Below, in pieces: positions 33,201-48,646 of a stretch of 64,000 nucleotides of DNA. Source of the DNA: Macrostomum lignano (Eukaryota); contig NIVC01000157.1 in assembly GCA_002269645.1 (NCBI GenBank), positions 124,001 to 188,000 on the forward strand, given 5' to 3'. A program made the position numbers and the translations under genes. The notes beneath the pieces were generated by a model that was given only the letters and a program-made list of their open reading frames with translations, made no database searches and was not told the origin of the DNA. How positions within the stretch are numbered: position 1 is the stretch's first letter; every line of letters begins with the position of its first letter.

Positions 33201-34204
33201 ATTACATCGATGTACCGTTTTTCTGTTTCACTTTTAAAGTAAAATGCGTGACTTTTCACTTTTTCAAGTCGGTTTGCTTGAAAAATACTGTAGATTTTAT
33301 TACTGTTATTGAACTAGTTCACCTACTGTAAGTAGCGAGTATTACCTCAACAATTTAGCCAAAATGTAATTTTCCTGTTAAAGGCATTAAAAGCATTAAA
33401 GATAATCTTTTTTGTTTTCAAAGTTTTCTGTAACCTTTAGATAATCTTTTTAGATTAAAAGAGGCAAAACAGATCAGAGTTACTTAAAAGAAATATGACA
33501 TGAGACTCTCTTAAATCGTGTTGTGTCGTGTCTAAATTAAAAACCAGTATATCTGTTACTTCCCTAATGTGTCAAATAAGTGTTTCAATTCACTTTATAC
33601 ATGTGATGTTCTGATATTTTTACTGAAAGTAGCAGAACTGCAAAATGCATTGAATTTTAAACTGCGTTGAAATTCTTCTTTACCAATGTTCTTTACTCAA
33701 CAATTAAGGGATAAGTTCACTCTCGAAAGGGCGGATCTGCAAATGCACTGCCGAGTGCATGCCTGATAATGATGAGTTACAATATCTATTTGATCAAATC
33801 CAGATGATTTTTGAGCAGACTTTAGCGATTTTGAGGCTTGTTAGGTGTGACATGAAACTCCAGGACACGACATGGGACTTCTGCGAGTTTCTGACATATA
33901 AGGGCAAGTCAACCAAAGGCTGCGGATGTCAAATGCTGTAGCCACGAATGTGCTGCTGCATGGGCTCATAATTCACCTTTCAGACAGCCAGGATAACTGC
34001 CACGGCCCAGACTTCCTGTCCACGCTTGTGCGTCGGGCTTGACTCCCAGAACTACTTTACCTAACGGCTCTGCTTCGAATTCATTCAGTGTCGAAGATTT
34101 ATGACTAAGTAGGAGTTCTGCTTTGAGTGGCTTTTTTCTTGAAACTGTACAAGTGCAGGTATACATTTCAATAGAAAGGCTCGCGTACACAATCTAAATA
34201 CAAA

Positions 34205-35161
<957 letters not shown>

Positions 35162-35674
35162 TTAATTACTGGGAAATTTAATTATATTTTAAATCCTCGC
35201 TCTATCGGCTGCACTGGGCGCCGGAGGCTGTAGCGATCATTATTACAGGAGAATTTTGCAGTCTCTCAAGGTTGCTTGAACAAAGTTTCATTGGTGTAGA
35301 AAGCCTCGTCCAATTAATACGCAACGATGCGAGTTGGTGTTTTTTATTTCATTTAAAACAAAATCGTCTTGGCCCATTGAGGCAGTTGCTATATCGTGTC
35401 TTCATCAAGGTATTTTAAATTCGTGTGAGCATTCGTGCAGTTACCAATGACAGCAATAAAAAGTGCTTCCGGAAGCTTTGGAACTGGTAAGTGAGTCCAT
35501 GTGTCCTTCATTTGTGCAAATCATATCGGCTGAAACAAAAATTTGAGTAGCCAACGTCAATTATAAATAGTAGATGTTCATCTTACTTTAAATATCTTGC
35601 TTATAATACAAAATCTTTCTAGGGGCACTGACTGTCGCATCTTTAGAGGATTCCTTTGGATTTGAATTTGTATT

Positions 35675-36400
35675 TGGGCGCCATTTCATTTGAGAAGGCG
35701 CCATTTCATTTGGGGGGCGCCATTTCACCTGAGGGGGCGCCATTTCACCTGAAGGGGCGCCATTTCATCTGAGGAAGCGCCATTTCATCTGAGGGGGTGC
35801 CATTTCACCTGAAGGGGCGCCATTTCATTTGAGAAGGCGCCATTTCATTTGAGAAGGCGCCATTTCACCTGAGGGGCACGATTTTATTTGAGAAGGCGCC
35901 ATTTCATTTGAGGCGGCGCCATTTCACCTGAAGGGGCGCCATTTCACCTGAAGGGGCGCCATTTCATTTAAGGAAGCGCCATTTCATCTGAGGGGGTGCC
36001 ATTTCCCCTGAAAGGGCGCCATTTCACCTGAGGGCGCCATTTCACCTGAGGGGGCGCCATTTCACCTGAAGGGGCGCCATTTCATTTGAGGAAGCGCCAT
36101 TTCATCTGAGGGGGCGCCATTTCACCTGAAGGGGCGCCATTTCACCTGAGGAGCGCCATTTCATTTTTGGGGCGCCACTTCATTTAAGGGGCGCCACTTC
36201 ATTTAGAGGGGGCGCCCTTTCATCTGAGGGGCGCCATTGCATTTAAGTAAGACGCCATTTTATTTGAAGGGAAATAAGTTTAATTGACTGCATGAAAAAG
36301 CTTTCTTCCCGAGCGATTTCATCTGAAGGGGCGCCATTCCTTTAGAGGGGGCGCCATTTTGTTTGAGGGGGCGCCATTTCACATGAGGGTGCGCCATTTT
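35675..36400. repeat. ~21-bp minisatellite (gggcgccatttcacctgaag)n
   Basis: About 33 copies. Confidence 0.96.
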
Positions 36401-37061
36401 GACTGCACGCGGAAGCTTTCTCCCAGAGAGATTCCCTTTGCATATCATTTGTTTTTTAGCAACCATTCCCTTGCATTCCTTGTCTTCTCAGTCGACAGTT
36501 AAACAAAAATTTACGCTAGCAGAAATGATTTTAGTGGAAAACATTGTCTCATTGTTTTATTGCGTACTGGCAATTTTTTTTCGAGAATCCTCATCAATTT
36601 AAAAATAGCTATTTATTCGTCTAATTTAAACAAATACGCTCGTATTAACGCTTAAACGATGCTCGTAGGAAAGATCAAAACTAAGCTTTTTAAACCAATT
36701 TGAAAAAGTACAAAGTTTAGAAAGTTTCTCATGAACCGAGCTCCTGCTTGTACTTTTTGTTTAGTCTTTTCTGCTTCAATTTCGTTTACAAGCAACTCAA
36801 GATACACATTAGTTAATTTTTCTCCGTATCTCTCTCGCTCTCTCAGAAAAGCAATCTTGGGAGTCAACATGAAATTTGCGAATCAGACATTTTCAAAAAA
36901 GTGAAGATTGTTTTCGAAATTTCGTTGCTCTTATTTTCAGACATTTTTTTCGCTTCTGCATTGATCACGTACGATTTGCCAAGCAAAGCTGGCAGCCCCC
37001 AGCTTGCAGACAGTCTGCTTTGAAATATAAGCATGAAAACCTGAATTTTTGTTTTTTTTTC

Positions 37062-37490
37062 AGGCATTCGTTTTAGCGCCACAAGCACTCATTTTAGCGC
37101 CACAAGCACTCATTTTAGCGCCACAGGCATTCATTTTAGCGCCACAGGCATTCATTTTAGCGCCACAGGCACTCATTTTGGCTCTGCAGGCACTCATTTT
37201 AGCGCCGCAGGCACTCATTTTAGCGCCGCAGGCACTCATTTTAGCACCGCAGGCACTCATTTTAGCACCGCAGGCACTCATTTTAGCGCCACAAGCACTC
37301 ATTTTAGCGCCACAGGCATTCATTTTAGCGCCACAGGCACTCATTTTGGCTCTGCAGGCACTCATTTTAGCGCCGCAGGCACTCATTTTAGCGCCGCAGG
37401 CACTCATTTTAGCACCGCAGGCACTCATTTTAGCACCGCAGGCACTCATTTTAGCGCCGCAGGCACTCATTTAGCGCCGCAGGCACCATT
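37062..37490. repeat. 21-bp minisatellite (gcactcattttagcgccacag)n
   Basis: About 20 copies; reverse complement of the arrays at 45037-45725 and 48647-49020. Confidence 0.97.
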
Positions 37491-37821
37491 TTTGTCGCGT
37501 TGAAGCAAAATTATTGATTTCCCAAAACAGGTCAACGAAGGTGTCAAAACCTGTCGTTATACATGTATGAGAACGGTTTTGGCGCTCCCTATTGTTGATG
37601 TCCTCAAATGAGATGACGGCGCCTTCCCAAATACGCGTCCTTGATTGATTTTAGAGACTTATCACACCAGTAGGAATAGAGGAATAGCATGGTTTCTTGA
37701 TTTTATTCTGCTTTTTGCCTATCATTTTCTACGTGAAACAAAATTGTTGCTAAAAGACGACGTACAGTACTGTACACATTTTTAGGACTATAAAAGTGCA
37801 ACTAAAATTTCTCCATCGCAG

Positions 37822-38432
37822 GTGAGCTGGGGAGAGTTGGACAGCCCTGCACTATCGGTAGGGCGCAGATGCACCGCAGGTATATCAATCTGCAGGCTGA
37901 GACTCGGCTGCCCCTGCAGGCAACACCGGAGCGGCCGTACGCCAACCTGCCGTCTCAGCTGATGGCGGACGAAATGCTGGATCCCAGACTCAATTACGCT
38001 TATCTTGGTTCGCCACTGAGCAGCCGGCTTCAATCGCACAATAATGAATTGCACGAACAACAGTTCAGGCCGACCGCCTGTCCCCCTCCAGCTGTGCAGT
38101 ATGCCAGCTTGCAGTACGAATCCCCTGACCCAATTAGTCCCATCATCATCCCAGGCGGTGCTCGCAACAGCCCAACCGTATTTGGTAGCTTGTCCGCGCA
38201 GTTGGATTATGTTGAACTGGACTTCCGCGCAATGTCAGCTCTGTCCGACACGGCAAGAGAAGTGAGTAGCCGTCGACGAATACAGATGCATGATGGTCAT
38301 TCGACAGGGTTGGAATCTCTGGCGGCAAATAAAATGTATCAGCTGAGCTGGCTACGGAGGCTGCGTCTGTCTTTTAGACGGCTGCTGCGACGGCTGCAGG
38401 TGTGCAGATTTCACGTCAGAGAACGGCAATAG
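37822..38432 (+). CDS. Terminal coding exon of a phosphotyrosine docking/adaptor-type protein (2 YxN and 3 ITIM-consensus motifs); upstream exons uncertain
   Basis: Acceptor tttctccatcgcag| at 37821, phase 1, open to stop at 38432; RYINL, PYANL, LNYAYL, VQYASL, LDYVEL; AT-rich UTR-like sequence follows. Confidence 0.75.
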
Positions 38433-39411
38433 GAAGTCATTTTGTAACAATTTGCTTTTGAATTCTGCAACTGTAACTATAATCACCTCATTGTGGTTTG
38501 TTTTGCTCGTGGAATATAGAATTGATCTTGACTCGATTCGATTATTCATTAGTTGAGATTTGATGTAAGAATTAGATCTGCCTTATTATTTAACTGTTTC
38601 ATTGTTGGAACTCGGAATGTTTCACAGGGTTGGTTTTCGTATGTACATGTAATCTTACCGTAATGCAAATGCACACAAAATTATACTGTACAGAATTGTG
38701 ATGTTGTATATTCGAGCTAATTGAATTCCAAGCTTTGTCCTCATGTAACTAATACTTGAAGAAATATAATTTTCTTCGTCATTGAATTATTTATCCACCC
38801 ATTAAAACATTAATTATTACTTAAGCTCTAAATTAATTTTTACACTTTTACTCGGGGTGGTCCGAAAGAACTGAAAGATGCAAATCTTTGTGGCGAAAGT
38901 AGAAATTCCAATTAGAAGGGGCTGCATAAAAGTATTTGGCGGCTGTATGTATATAACAGACAGCGGGGGTTCTGAACCCTGTACTAAATTTTCTTTTTAT
39001 TTAATTCATAGACCTGCTGCGCTTAATATACGTTTGATCTTCAAAAGCTTTGGGACTTTATTATCTTTATCCGAAAAGCATCTTTAAAATTCTAAACTCT
39101 GCCCTTGATCAAACCCTTGGTTGCCAGCTTGGCTGTGATCGGCATGGGGCAAACCGAGATGTCAAAATCAAATATGGCGTTAATTATTTTAGCCGCTTGG
39201 AAACATATTTGAAAATTTTCAATTTATCAGCTATAGCAAAGTCTTAATATTTGCATATAAAAATACTTGAAAAAAGATCACTATAGTTGATTTTTAAATC
39301 ACATAAAAAATCACATAAAAATTTTTCGATTTAATAACTATGGGCGAAGTGGTTTTCTTTCTTTTTTTGTTTCCCTACTATATAATTCTTACGACCAATT
39401 TCTTGATATAA

Positions 39412-39852
39412 TGTGGTAGGCGCGGGCACGGCCTCCCACTGAGCGTAATCCACCGGCTGGATGACTCAATGAACCGTCATCCCCGGCGTGGAAATCTGTG
39501 ACACTCAATGTAACTTTCCTTCCCACCCCCTGGCTAAGTTTTGTTTTTCCGTGCTTTTCCCTGGGGTCCACCCGGTGCTATTTTCGTCACCACCCGGTGT
39601 ACCCGATCTTTTCCATTGCGTGTAACTCTCTTCCCACCCGGGGTAACCCGCTTCCTCCCGGTGGTTCCTGAGAGCCTAATTTAAGAGTCTGCGCCCCGCC
39701 TTTCCCAGCCAGACTCTCGTGACCTTTGCCCGAACTCCTGAGGATTCAGTATACCCTACTCAGACCATTACGAGAGGCCCCATATTTTGTAAGCCCAACC
39801 TCCCGACCCGACCAGCTCCTCGCCTTTTCAATTTAACAGTTTGACAGTAACA
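39412..39852. mobile_element. Probable solo LTR
   Basis: GC-richer non-coding island in AT-rich DNA, TG...CA ends; flanks tataa/tgtaa match 4 of 5 if the end is 39852 (alternative end 39838 has no TSD). Confidence 0.45.
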
Positions 39853-40443
39853 TGTAAGTTTTAATCATTGCTTATAGTGCGTGCAACCTAAGTTTTAATA
39901 ATAATCTAGTTATCCAGCTTCGGCCATTATTTATTCTCGGCCTGACTTTATTGTGTGTGAAACGGTGTCTTAGCCTTCGTGACCTCGGAAGCACTCTATT
40001 TAGACCTTAGAGGTCTACTGAGAAGCGCTAGAGCAAACTCAAGCTAGTTTCAAGCTTTAGAGCTCTCCCGCGTACAATCGCGGTGGTGGCAGCGACTTTT
40101 AGTAATCACTCTCGACGAATTAGCTTATTTTGAAGTGCCCCTATTCGGCTACAAATCTCTGCATTCGGCATTCTGAACGTCGGCAACACTAGACCGCTCA
40201 GCCGCGACCACAGCTACCCTCCCCCTGAGCCTGAGGAACTCAGCAGCGGAGCTCCCTGTCATCTGCAAGCCGGAATCTTCGTTAAGTTTGTTTGAAACGA
40301 CAAAGCGCACCGATTCGAACGGACGAGAACGAACGAATTTCAACCCACCGACTACAACCAGTTTTTCAAACCCCCCGACCTCAATAACAATATTTTATTT
40401 TTAGTTCAACCACTTTAACCTAAGAGTTTTTTCATCACAAAAG

Positions 40444-43400
40444 ATGTCAATCCAGAATCTTCAGCGATATGGTAAGCTTTGACTTTTGGTTATTTTGATT
40501 ATTTTACTATTTCTATTTTTGTACTTGCCAAAACAAAGTGTCAATTTAATTGGGCTGTGTGAGCTTAAGCCTAGTGATAGGAGAAATTAGGCCCCCCTAC
40601 ATTATTGACAATTTGACTGCAAAAAAATTGTTTTAAAAGTATTTCTTGTGGCCATTTAGTCATTGCAAGCGATGATCAGGGACAATCAGTTGAAACTTAA
40701 TAAGATAAGGTTTGTAACAACTTCACAGATATAATTTAAAAATCAATCTAAAACTAAATAATTATAAATAAGCTGAACAATTTTATGCTGTTAAATGTGT
40801 CTTCCATCACAATAAATGCATTTTGGCATGCATTTAGGGGGAAAATAATTAGCATGATAACATGCACTTCTTTATAGCCCATTACACTAGGCCTATTATA
40901 TTATCATTAGCTGTCTTTTGCCTTATATTTTTTATTCCAGACTCTGGAAGGTTAAGCCTACATGTGTGCCAGAAATTTCTAATATACAAATGAGCTCTTT
41001 CAAAGTTGGCATATAATTTAACATGTAAACTTATACCAATTTTGGTATAAAATATTTTTTGTTTAAAAATAAATGGCAGTGACTATTTGTCCGGTACTAG
41101 ATAAATAAAGTGAAGTTATTCATCTGGCACAGTATGGACATGGATGTATAATAAAAACTTGTAAAATATAGGGAATAGACCCTACTCAAAAAAGTAGTAT
41201 ATAGTTCACTTTTAGGCTAATAGTGGAAAATATTTGTTATGATTAGATAGTGCTATTTATCAGATCAGATCACAATTGGCAAAACCCCCCAAAGGCCAAA
41301 GGCAAAATACCAAAAGTTTTATATAATTTTACTTCATTATATTTTGTTCTATACATATTGGTATATTGTGGTTTCATAGTAAATAGTAGTCATAGTACAA
41401 TCAAAATTAATAACAACATTTGCTGCTATATAATACAAATGCCAAAGTAAGGACTTAAAGTTATTACAATAACACTTGGAGTTTTTATAATTAAAAAGTG
41501 AAGTCATCACTACAGATTCAAACTTAGTACTGACTGATCATTAGGAAGACACTCTAACATTACACAAGTATACCTTGCTAGAAAAGATGTGCAGAGTGGG
41601 ATATAAATTCACGCAGCTCAGTCGGTATTGGACAAATAACTTTACTTTATTTATCTGGTACCAGACAAAAAATAGTTACATTATTCATTTGATATTGGAC
41701 AAATAGTCACTGCCAAAAATATATTCATATTAGGCTTACTTTTCTTAGGAAACTTAGCTTGAAAAAATAAATGACCTTTTATAAGAACAAATTTTAGTAT
41801 ATATTCAAAGGAATTTTTCTATTTTTGTATATACTGGTTTAAAGTTAAATATATATTATTATAGAATTCTTGTTCCTATAAAGTATTGCTTTTTAAGTCT
41901 TGATATGGCTAATAGTAGGTATAGGCTTATCCTTGTCATTATTATATTTATTGGAAAATTTACTAAATCCTACATCAAAAAACTTAAAACTAAGCAAAAC
42001 TTGACTTAATTTTAAGATAATTTAGGATTTAGGCTTAATTATAAATAAGAAATGGAATAAGAATAAGATTATTACAAGATAATTAAATCCCTATGTTTAA
42101 ATAATGACTTCTATCCCAATTAGTCTTTTCTAAAATGTCTTAAATGCCTTTATCTTTCCTTCTTGACCTTCTAGTGTTCTGCTATACCTATAGCTACAGT
42201 TACGGGATCTTATGGCAAATATGGTAAAATAGGTGCCTATGGCAATTATGGATATGCCTACAGTAGATAGCTACTCTTATGGCTATGACTACAGAAATAT
42301 AGTAGTTGTTGTCACATTCCATAGATTCTTGTAGCCAAAATTACTAATTAAAAAATAATAAATAATTGGAACAGGTAGAGTAAACAAAAATTACTTTAGT
42401 AAACTTTATTTTATAGACTTAGAAACTATAGATTATACTTAATAAAGTACACTAGCGAACTCTAACTTTTAACACTCTGAAAAGTTCAACATTAGTACTT
42501 TCAGTAGTGATTAAGTATTGTTACTCTTTGTAAAAAAGATAAAGTATTATAATCTTTCAAAGGCAATCAAGTGTTTGTTTTTTTTCTACCTGAATTTGCA
42601 GTTGTTTAAGCACTAGGTTGTCTTGATTCAAAATATTTTGTTTCCTAGACTTTTTGTTACAGGAATATGGTAATATTGGGGTCCCTATAGCTATAGAATA
42701 CAGAGAATTGGAATAAGCTGTAGTTTTGCTTACAGCTATGGCTATGGCACATGGACCCCCTTATGGCAGAACACTACTTCGTTCTTCTATTTTATTATTC
42801 TTATATAGAGATAACCCATAGTGATGATTCATAAGACTTTTATGCTAGGTCTATATTAAAAATTAGTTTAATTGACAACTATAATTCAAATCTTTGCAAG
42901 TAAGTAAGTTAGGTTAATCTAATATCTGTAATCCAATTTTTATTCAATCAAAATTTGAATCTCAAGGAAGAAAAATACTTGAAATATGAAACAAGTCTCT
43001 GGTATACCTCTAGACAAAAAATGAACTAAAAGACAATGTGTACATGTGTAAATCTACAAGTTACATTTAACTTTATCTTATTAGGTCATAGTTTGTTTGT
43101 GCAATCCCCTAAAACATAGTCATTGTAAGTAGTCTAAGTGACAAATTAAGCATTCTTTATGCTTTGCTTTATCCTATTAGTAGCATCAATTTATATGACC
43201 CATATGTTCTGTCAATTATATTTTTAACATTGTTATAACCCTGTTATTCTTATTGATAATTAATACTTAAACTTTGAAAAGACAGTCAGGTGTGAATGAA
43301 AGAATGCTAGAGCTTTCATCAATTCCTAGAACAATAAAAAACTGAACTATAACTTTCTCTACACCTTTTTAGACCCATTTGCGGACGAGGGCAACGCCTC

Positions 43401-43665
43401 AAACGAGAGCGACATTCATATCCGGATCCAACAGAGGAATGGCAAAAAGACCCTGACCACTGTGCAAGGCATTGACGAGAAATATGACAAACGAAAGATC
43501 TTGAAGTATTGTAAGAAAGAATTTGCGTGTAATGGCACCGTTGTCAGCAGAGAAGAATATGGAGAAGTGATTCAGATGCAGGGCGATCAGAGAGAAAGGA
43601 TTGCCGATTGGCTCATTCGCAACAAAATTGCCGACAAAGAGAAAATTAAAGTGCACGGTTTCTGA
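40444..43665 (+). CDS. EIF1: Eukaryotic translation initiation factor 1 (SUI1), 106 aa; exons 40444-40471 and 43373-43665
   Basis: MSIQNLQRY-D-PFADE..IHIRIQQRNGKKTLTTVQG..KKEFACNGTV..GEVIQMQGDQR..IKVHGF; phase-1 GT-AG intron; an upstream acceptor (ttttatttttag, 40404) marks a 5' UTR intron or outron. Confidence 0.97.
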
Positions 43666-45036
43666 ATGATCTGCTTACAGGCTTTATGATTCTGGAGCTG
43701 CGACTTTTGGTTCGAGTTGAATCGTCAAATCTAATGAAGGGTTTTGAAGTCTCATCACTTGGTGAACCTGGGGGTCAGTTGTCAAAAGTACAAATGCTAT
43801 ATTGATACTTTAAAATGTTTTCCTGCAAGACTTGTGAGAACCGCTTTGCTCTGTGTGTTGTTTTCAGTTGAAGTGTTTTGACGCTAAAAGCTCTCTATAT
43901 TTTACTCCAGCTTGTAAAGTTTTTGTCTTTAAGTTTCAAATTCGTTTAGGAAATGAACTTCTGTTTGAAAAAGTAGCCAAACCAGTATATCATCATCAAT
44001 GCTGGATAAGAAAGTTGGTGCAGTTCAATGTCATAGAAAATAACATTGGTTATGTCCAATATAATATTCACGAAATTGATTTTGTGCAAACTTTCTAATC
44101 TAGCATTGAAGATGGAATAGAGGTTGCTCTTGGGAAAAACTGCTTAGCAACAGTGTGGCACTCATTCATATTAACTTAGCCTAATACTTACTGTGTCTAT
44201 CACTATTATTCACTTTTATTTATTGTTATTACCTATCCAGCGGGGTTTTGAAACTTTTTGAAAACAACCAATTTGAATATTTATGTTTGAAATGTTTGGC
44301 AGGCATAAGTGTATTCTATTTTTTTGGAATTAATTGGTTGTTTATGTCAGAATCTGCTCGCTCGTCAGTAAAAAAGACATCTATTCTAATTTATTATTAA
44401 TATTTGTCACCAATGTTAAATATATATTGACAAACTGACCCTTAATTGTTGGCGGGAAGATGCTATTAAAACCTGCTTCAAATGGTGTTTTGTTAAAGAT
44501 GCATTTGTTGTTTTCAAATTTCAATTTGTGTGAGCATTTATGAAAAGCAGTATTTATGAAAAGTTATTAGATAGCTTGACACACTTCTGACTCGTCACAT
44601 CGTATATTAAAGCCGGCTAGTTGTTAGGAATATTAAGAGCATGATCTATAATAAATAATAATTGATTACACCTGCCCTAAGATGCGCATCTGAAGGCTGC
44701 GTAGGGCTGTTCAGTCCAAGGACTGGGGGGGGGGCGTCTTACTTGCAGTAGTATAAGTGGTGAGCGTGTCCCCAGCAGCCCACTACTAGCTGCTCGACAT
44801 GCATAATTTTGGTGCGTTTTGTATTCAAGTCCTCGAAAGTTTGGGTAGCAAAAAAGTAGCCGAAAATCTTTAGGCGCAATACGCTGGTAGTTTCATTACC
44901 AGTGATTTAGGTTGCTGAAAATATATCTAAGCCTGAAGATCATACACTGCAGGCGCTTCGCCACCGGGGGGGGGCATGCCAATGCTTTGTCCCCCACCCC
45001 AGCCTTGTGAGTCGTGGTAGTCAGTAATTTTTCTTA

Positions 45037-45725
45037 GGGCGCTAAAACGAGTGCCTGTGGCGCTAAAATGAGTGCCTGTGGCGCTAAAATGAGTGTCTGT
45101 GGCGCTAAAATGAGTGCCTGTGGCGCTAAAATGAGTGTCTGTGGCGCTAAAATGAGTGCCTGTGGCGCTAAAATGAGTGCCTGTGGCGCTAAAATGAGTG
45201 CCTGCGAGCTAAATTGAGTGCCTGTGGCGCTAAAACGAGTGCCTGTGGCGCTAAAATGAGTGTCTGTGGCGCTAAAATGAGTGCCTGTGGCGCTAAAATG
45301 AGTGCCTGTGGCGCTAAAATGAGTGCCTGTGGCGCTAAAATGAGTGCCTGTGGCGCTAAAATGAGTGCCTGTGGCGCTAAAATGAGTGCCTGTGGCGCTA
45401 AAATGAGTGCCTGCGAGCTAAAATGAGTGCCTGTGGCGCTAGAATGAGTGCCTGTGGCGCTAAAATGAGTGCCTGCGAGCTAAATTGAGTGCCTGTGGCG
45501 CTAAAACGAGTGCCTGTGGCGCTAAAATGAGTGTCTGTGGCGCTAAAATGAGTGCCTGTGGCGCTAAAATGAGTGCCTGTGGCGCTAAAATGAGTGCCTG
45601 TGGCGCTAAAATGAGTGCCTGTGGCGCTAAAATGAGTGCCTGCGAGCTAAAATGAGTGCCTGTGGCGCTAGAATGAGTGCCTGTGGCGCTAAAATGAGTG
45701 CCTGTGGCGCTAAAATGAGTGCCTG
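45037..45725. repeat. 21-bp minisatellite (atgagtgcctgtggcgctaaa)n, left part of an array split by a transposon
   Basis: About 32 copies; continues at 48647. Confidence 0.97.
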
Positions 45726-48646
45726 CCCAGTGAAAAATGATTCATGGATTCCACGTGGGTTCCACGTGGCCATGTGGAATTTAAATGTTTCTTTAATTTT
45801 TGCAAATTAATGACTTAAAGATGACATAATGGTATGCAAAGTATTTTTTATGCACTATTTTTTAATTTTTACTGTCCTAATGTTGATGTGGATTTTACAA
45901 GGAATTCATGAGAAATAAGCGTATATTGATTCAACATGGAATCCACTTCGATAAAAAAACTGTGACACATCACATTAAGACGTTTTTATGAAATTACTAT
46001 AATTAATTATTATATTTATATGCTTTTAAGTAAAAATTAATATCTTAAAGCTAAATTATAATCAGAAAATAAGATACTGTTTGTTAAAATAGACAAAATA
46101 GAAGTGAACAATAAAAAACGTTTCGTGCTTTTTAAAATTAAAATTATTTTATTTTATATTCGTCAATGTCTTGGTTCAAGGCCTTGAAAGATAAATTGCC
46201 TTGTTTATGGCTATTTAAGCACCTTAAAAATTTTAGTAGACGTAGCCTATAGGCAATAACTTATAAGGCCATGGCCTCCATAGAATTAGAAATTAGATAA
46301 ATCAGTATTTCATCATAGATAGGCCTAATACTTTTGGTAAAATCCATCCATGATAAATTTATTTAGGCTTATCCAATTTCTAGGAATCCCATGGCCATGT
46401 CCATAGATTGGCTACTCATTTTTTAAACTTAAATAGTCCTTTAGAAGTTCATAATTTCCTCTTAGTCCTACCTATTAGTCTTATCTATTTATGTATGCTT
46501 ATTAGGCCTATTTTAAGCTAGGCCTAGGCCTATAACTATCAATTTAGGTCCTTCTATTTTAATTAAGGTTAAGACTAGCTTGACTTTGTGAATTGTGACT
46601 AGTCAATCTAGTTAATCTGTTAAAAATCTATTCATTTATGATTTTCTTCAAAAAAGCCTGTTAGCGTCTTTTAGACTTGTTGCATTTTTAAAAACAATAT
46701 TATTAATCATTATAAATAATTCTTTGCAATTACACTTGCAACCTGTTTTTGGCATAGCTAGCCTAGCAGATCCCTAAGGTTGCTATTATAAATAAATAAT
46801 GATTATTGTAAATTTGATCTGATTTAGGCCAAGTCTAGAATTTAATAGCTATAGGGCATAGCTTTTAAGATTAGGCCTAATGTTTAATCATACTATTTTT
46901 TTTATTAGAGGCAGGGGGTTGTGTGCACCCTGGCACACGTTAAGCGACATAGGCATACAACTGGCGAGAGGCATTGCTGCCCATTCCATTAACTCCCTTG
47001 AGCAGGCACACAAGCGTGCGGATACGTATGTAGGCACATTTACATAGGAGTGTACAGTGGCCCTAACTTTATTTATTGTTAGGCATGTATACTTCACTGT
47101 GCCTTGGGGGTTGGCTCTCAAGGCCATTAATTGCACAAGCAGAGAGCCAAGCCAAGATTCCAATTCAGCCCCAAATTAATGTGACTGCACTTAGAATCGA
47201 GCCTAGGTCGCTGGCACACCAGAGCAGCTATGCTACCGCTTGGCTACAGCCCCCCTTTTAATCATAATAGGCCCGCAAATATAAAAAAAACATGCATTGC
47301 TTTGCCTAAATACTTTATAGTCTAAAATCAATTTTAAAATAAAAAATTAAATTTTTAGAAACATATATTAATTTTTTGTACTTATTATTTTAATTTTATT
47401 AATTTAATTTTATTGATTGACTTGGGTAGGGTTTTCTTTTTTGCTAGAGACAAGGTGCAAAATCATACCCTATGCTCACTTTTAGGGTTTTATGATTTTA
47501 AGGCTTAAAATGCAGTTTCTTTTTTTTCTTATATAAAGGCAGTGCAAAAAAGGCTTCAACAGAAAAATAGGTAATGAGATCACACCTAAACTGTATCATC
47601 AACTTTTTAATTTCAATTTTCAAGGTGCAATTTTTAAATTTAGGGTGCATATGCACACTTTGCGCTTAAAAAATAAACCTAGGACTTAGGCCTAGTTAAT
47701 TTTAAAATAAACTTTATTTTATTTTATAAGTATTCATCATTAAATTAGTTTTATGAATTATATCAATATTATTTATCAATCTTAATTGGCAACAATTATT
47801 TTTCTATTTCATTTCAGCCTAACATTACATGACCCATCCTCAAACTTGGATGTCACCTTGGTCTTGCATTTGAAGAAGCTTGCAAAGCTACTTGGAATTT
47901 GAATTTAATATCTCAAATGCTACCTTTTGTGAAGCAATGGTAAGTTTTAGTTATAAACTTATTTTTTTCTGTCATCAAAATCTATCAAAATCTATTACAA
48001 AATCTGTCATCAATCTGTTATAAAATTCTGTAATTTAACCCCTTTCTTTTCTAAGGTTGCTCACCTGACCTGAAGAAGCAGCATTCTGGCAATTGGCAGC
48101 AGCATGTTTCTGACTGTTCTAATTCTGATGCATTATATTATTGTTAATTAATGCTATTGACAATGTCAATTTCAAATTATATATTATATCATATGCGCAG
48201 TGCAACTCTAAAGATATCAATATTTACATCAGTGTGTTTATTCTTTGTGTGCCAGTGACTCACTACTGTACATAAATACACCTTACATCGTTTTTGAATA
48301 TTGAATTTTGAATTTTGAATTTTTGTGCAGAAATATTTTTGGCTATAGCTAGTGTTTTATCTGTGTTTCAGTTTCTTTTATATGGTATTGAGATCTGGGG
48401 TTCGTATGAAATTTTGAGATCTGGTATTATTTTGAGATTTAGGATGCAACAATTTATTATGGCAACCAGTATAATGGCTGCTTATTCAATGACAATGTGG
48501 ATTCTATGTGAAATACATAATTACTTCCATATGGATCTTCCATGTGGAATCCATATCTTGATTCCACATGGATGGACGGAGACAAATGCACATATGGATT
48601 TCATATGAAAAATCCACATGGAATCCATATCATTTTTTTCACTGGG
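45726..48646. mobile_element. CACTA/EnSpm (CMC)-type non-autonomous element, 2921 bp
   Basis: TIR CCCAGTGAAAAA / TTTTTCACTGGG; subterminal atggattcca/tggaatccat repeats; 2-bp TSD TG; removal restores the minisatellite unit gcctgcgagct. Confidence 0.88.
46896..47254 (-). mobile_element. tRNA-derived SINE nested in the CACTA element
   Basis: Minus strand begins GGGGGCTGTAGCCAAGCGGTAGC (A box) then GGCTCGATTCT (B-box-like); ends CTAATAAAAAAAA; flanked by ~13-bp TSD tttaatcata(c/a)ta with one mismatch. Confidence 0.85.

Noticed and set aside
33708-33941. Possible IRS-type PTB exon (KFTLE / GRIC..ELQYLFDQIQ) for the adaptor at 37822
   Set aside because: Needs a frameshift, lacks clear splice sites, and the similarity is too weak; kept only as an alternative to test.
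47818-48110. Exon-like segments with good AG and GTAAGT sites inside the CACTA element
   Set aside because: No sustained open frame; at most remnants of an element transcript.
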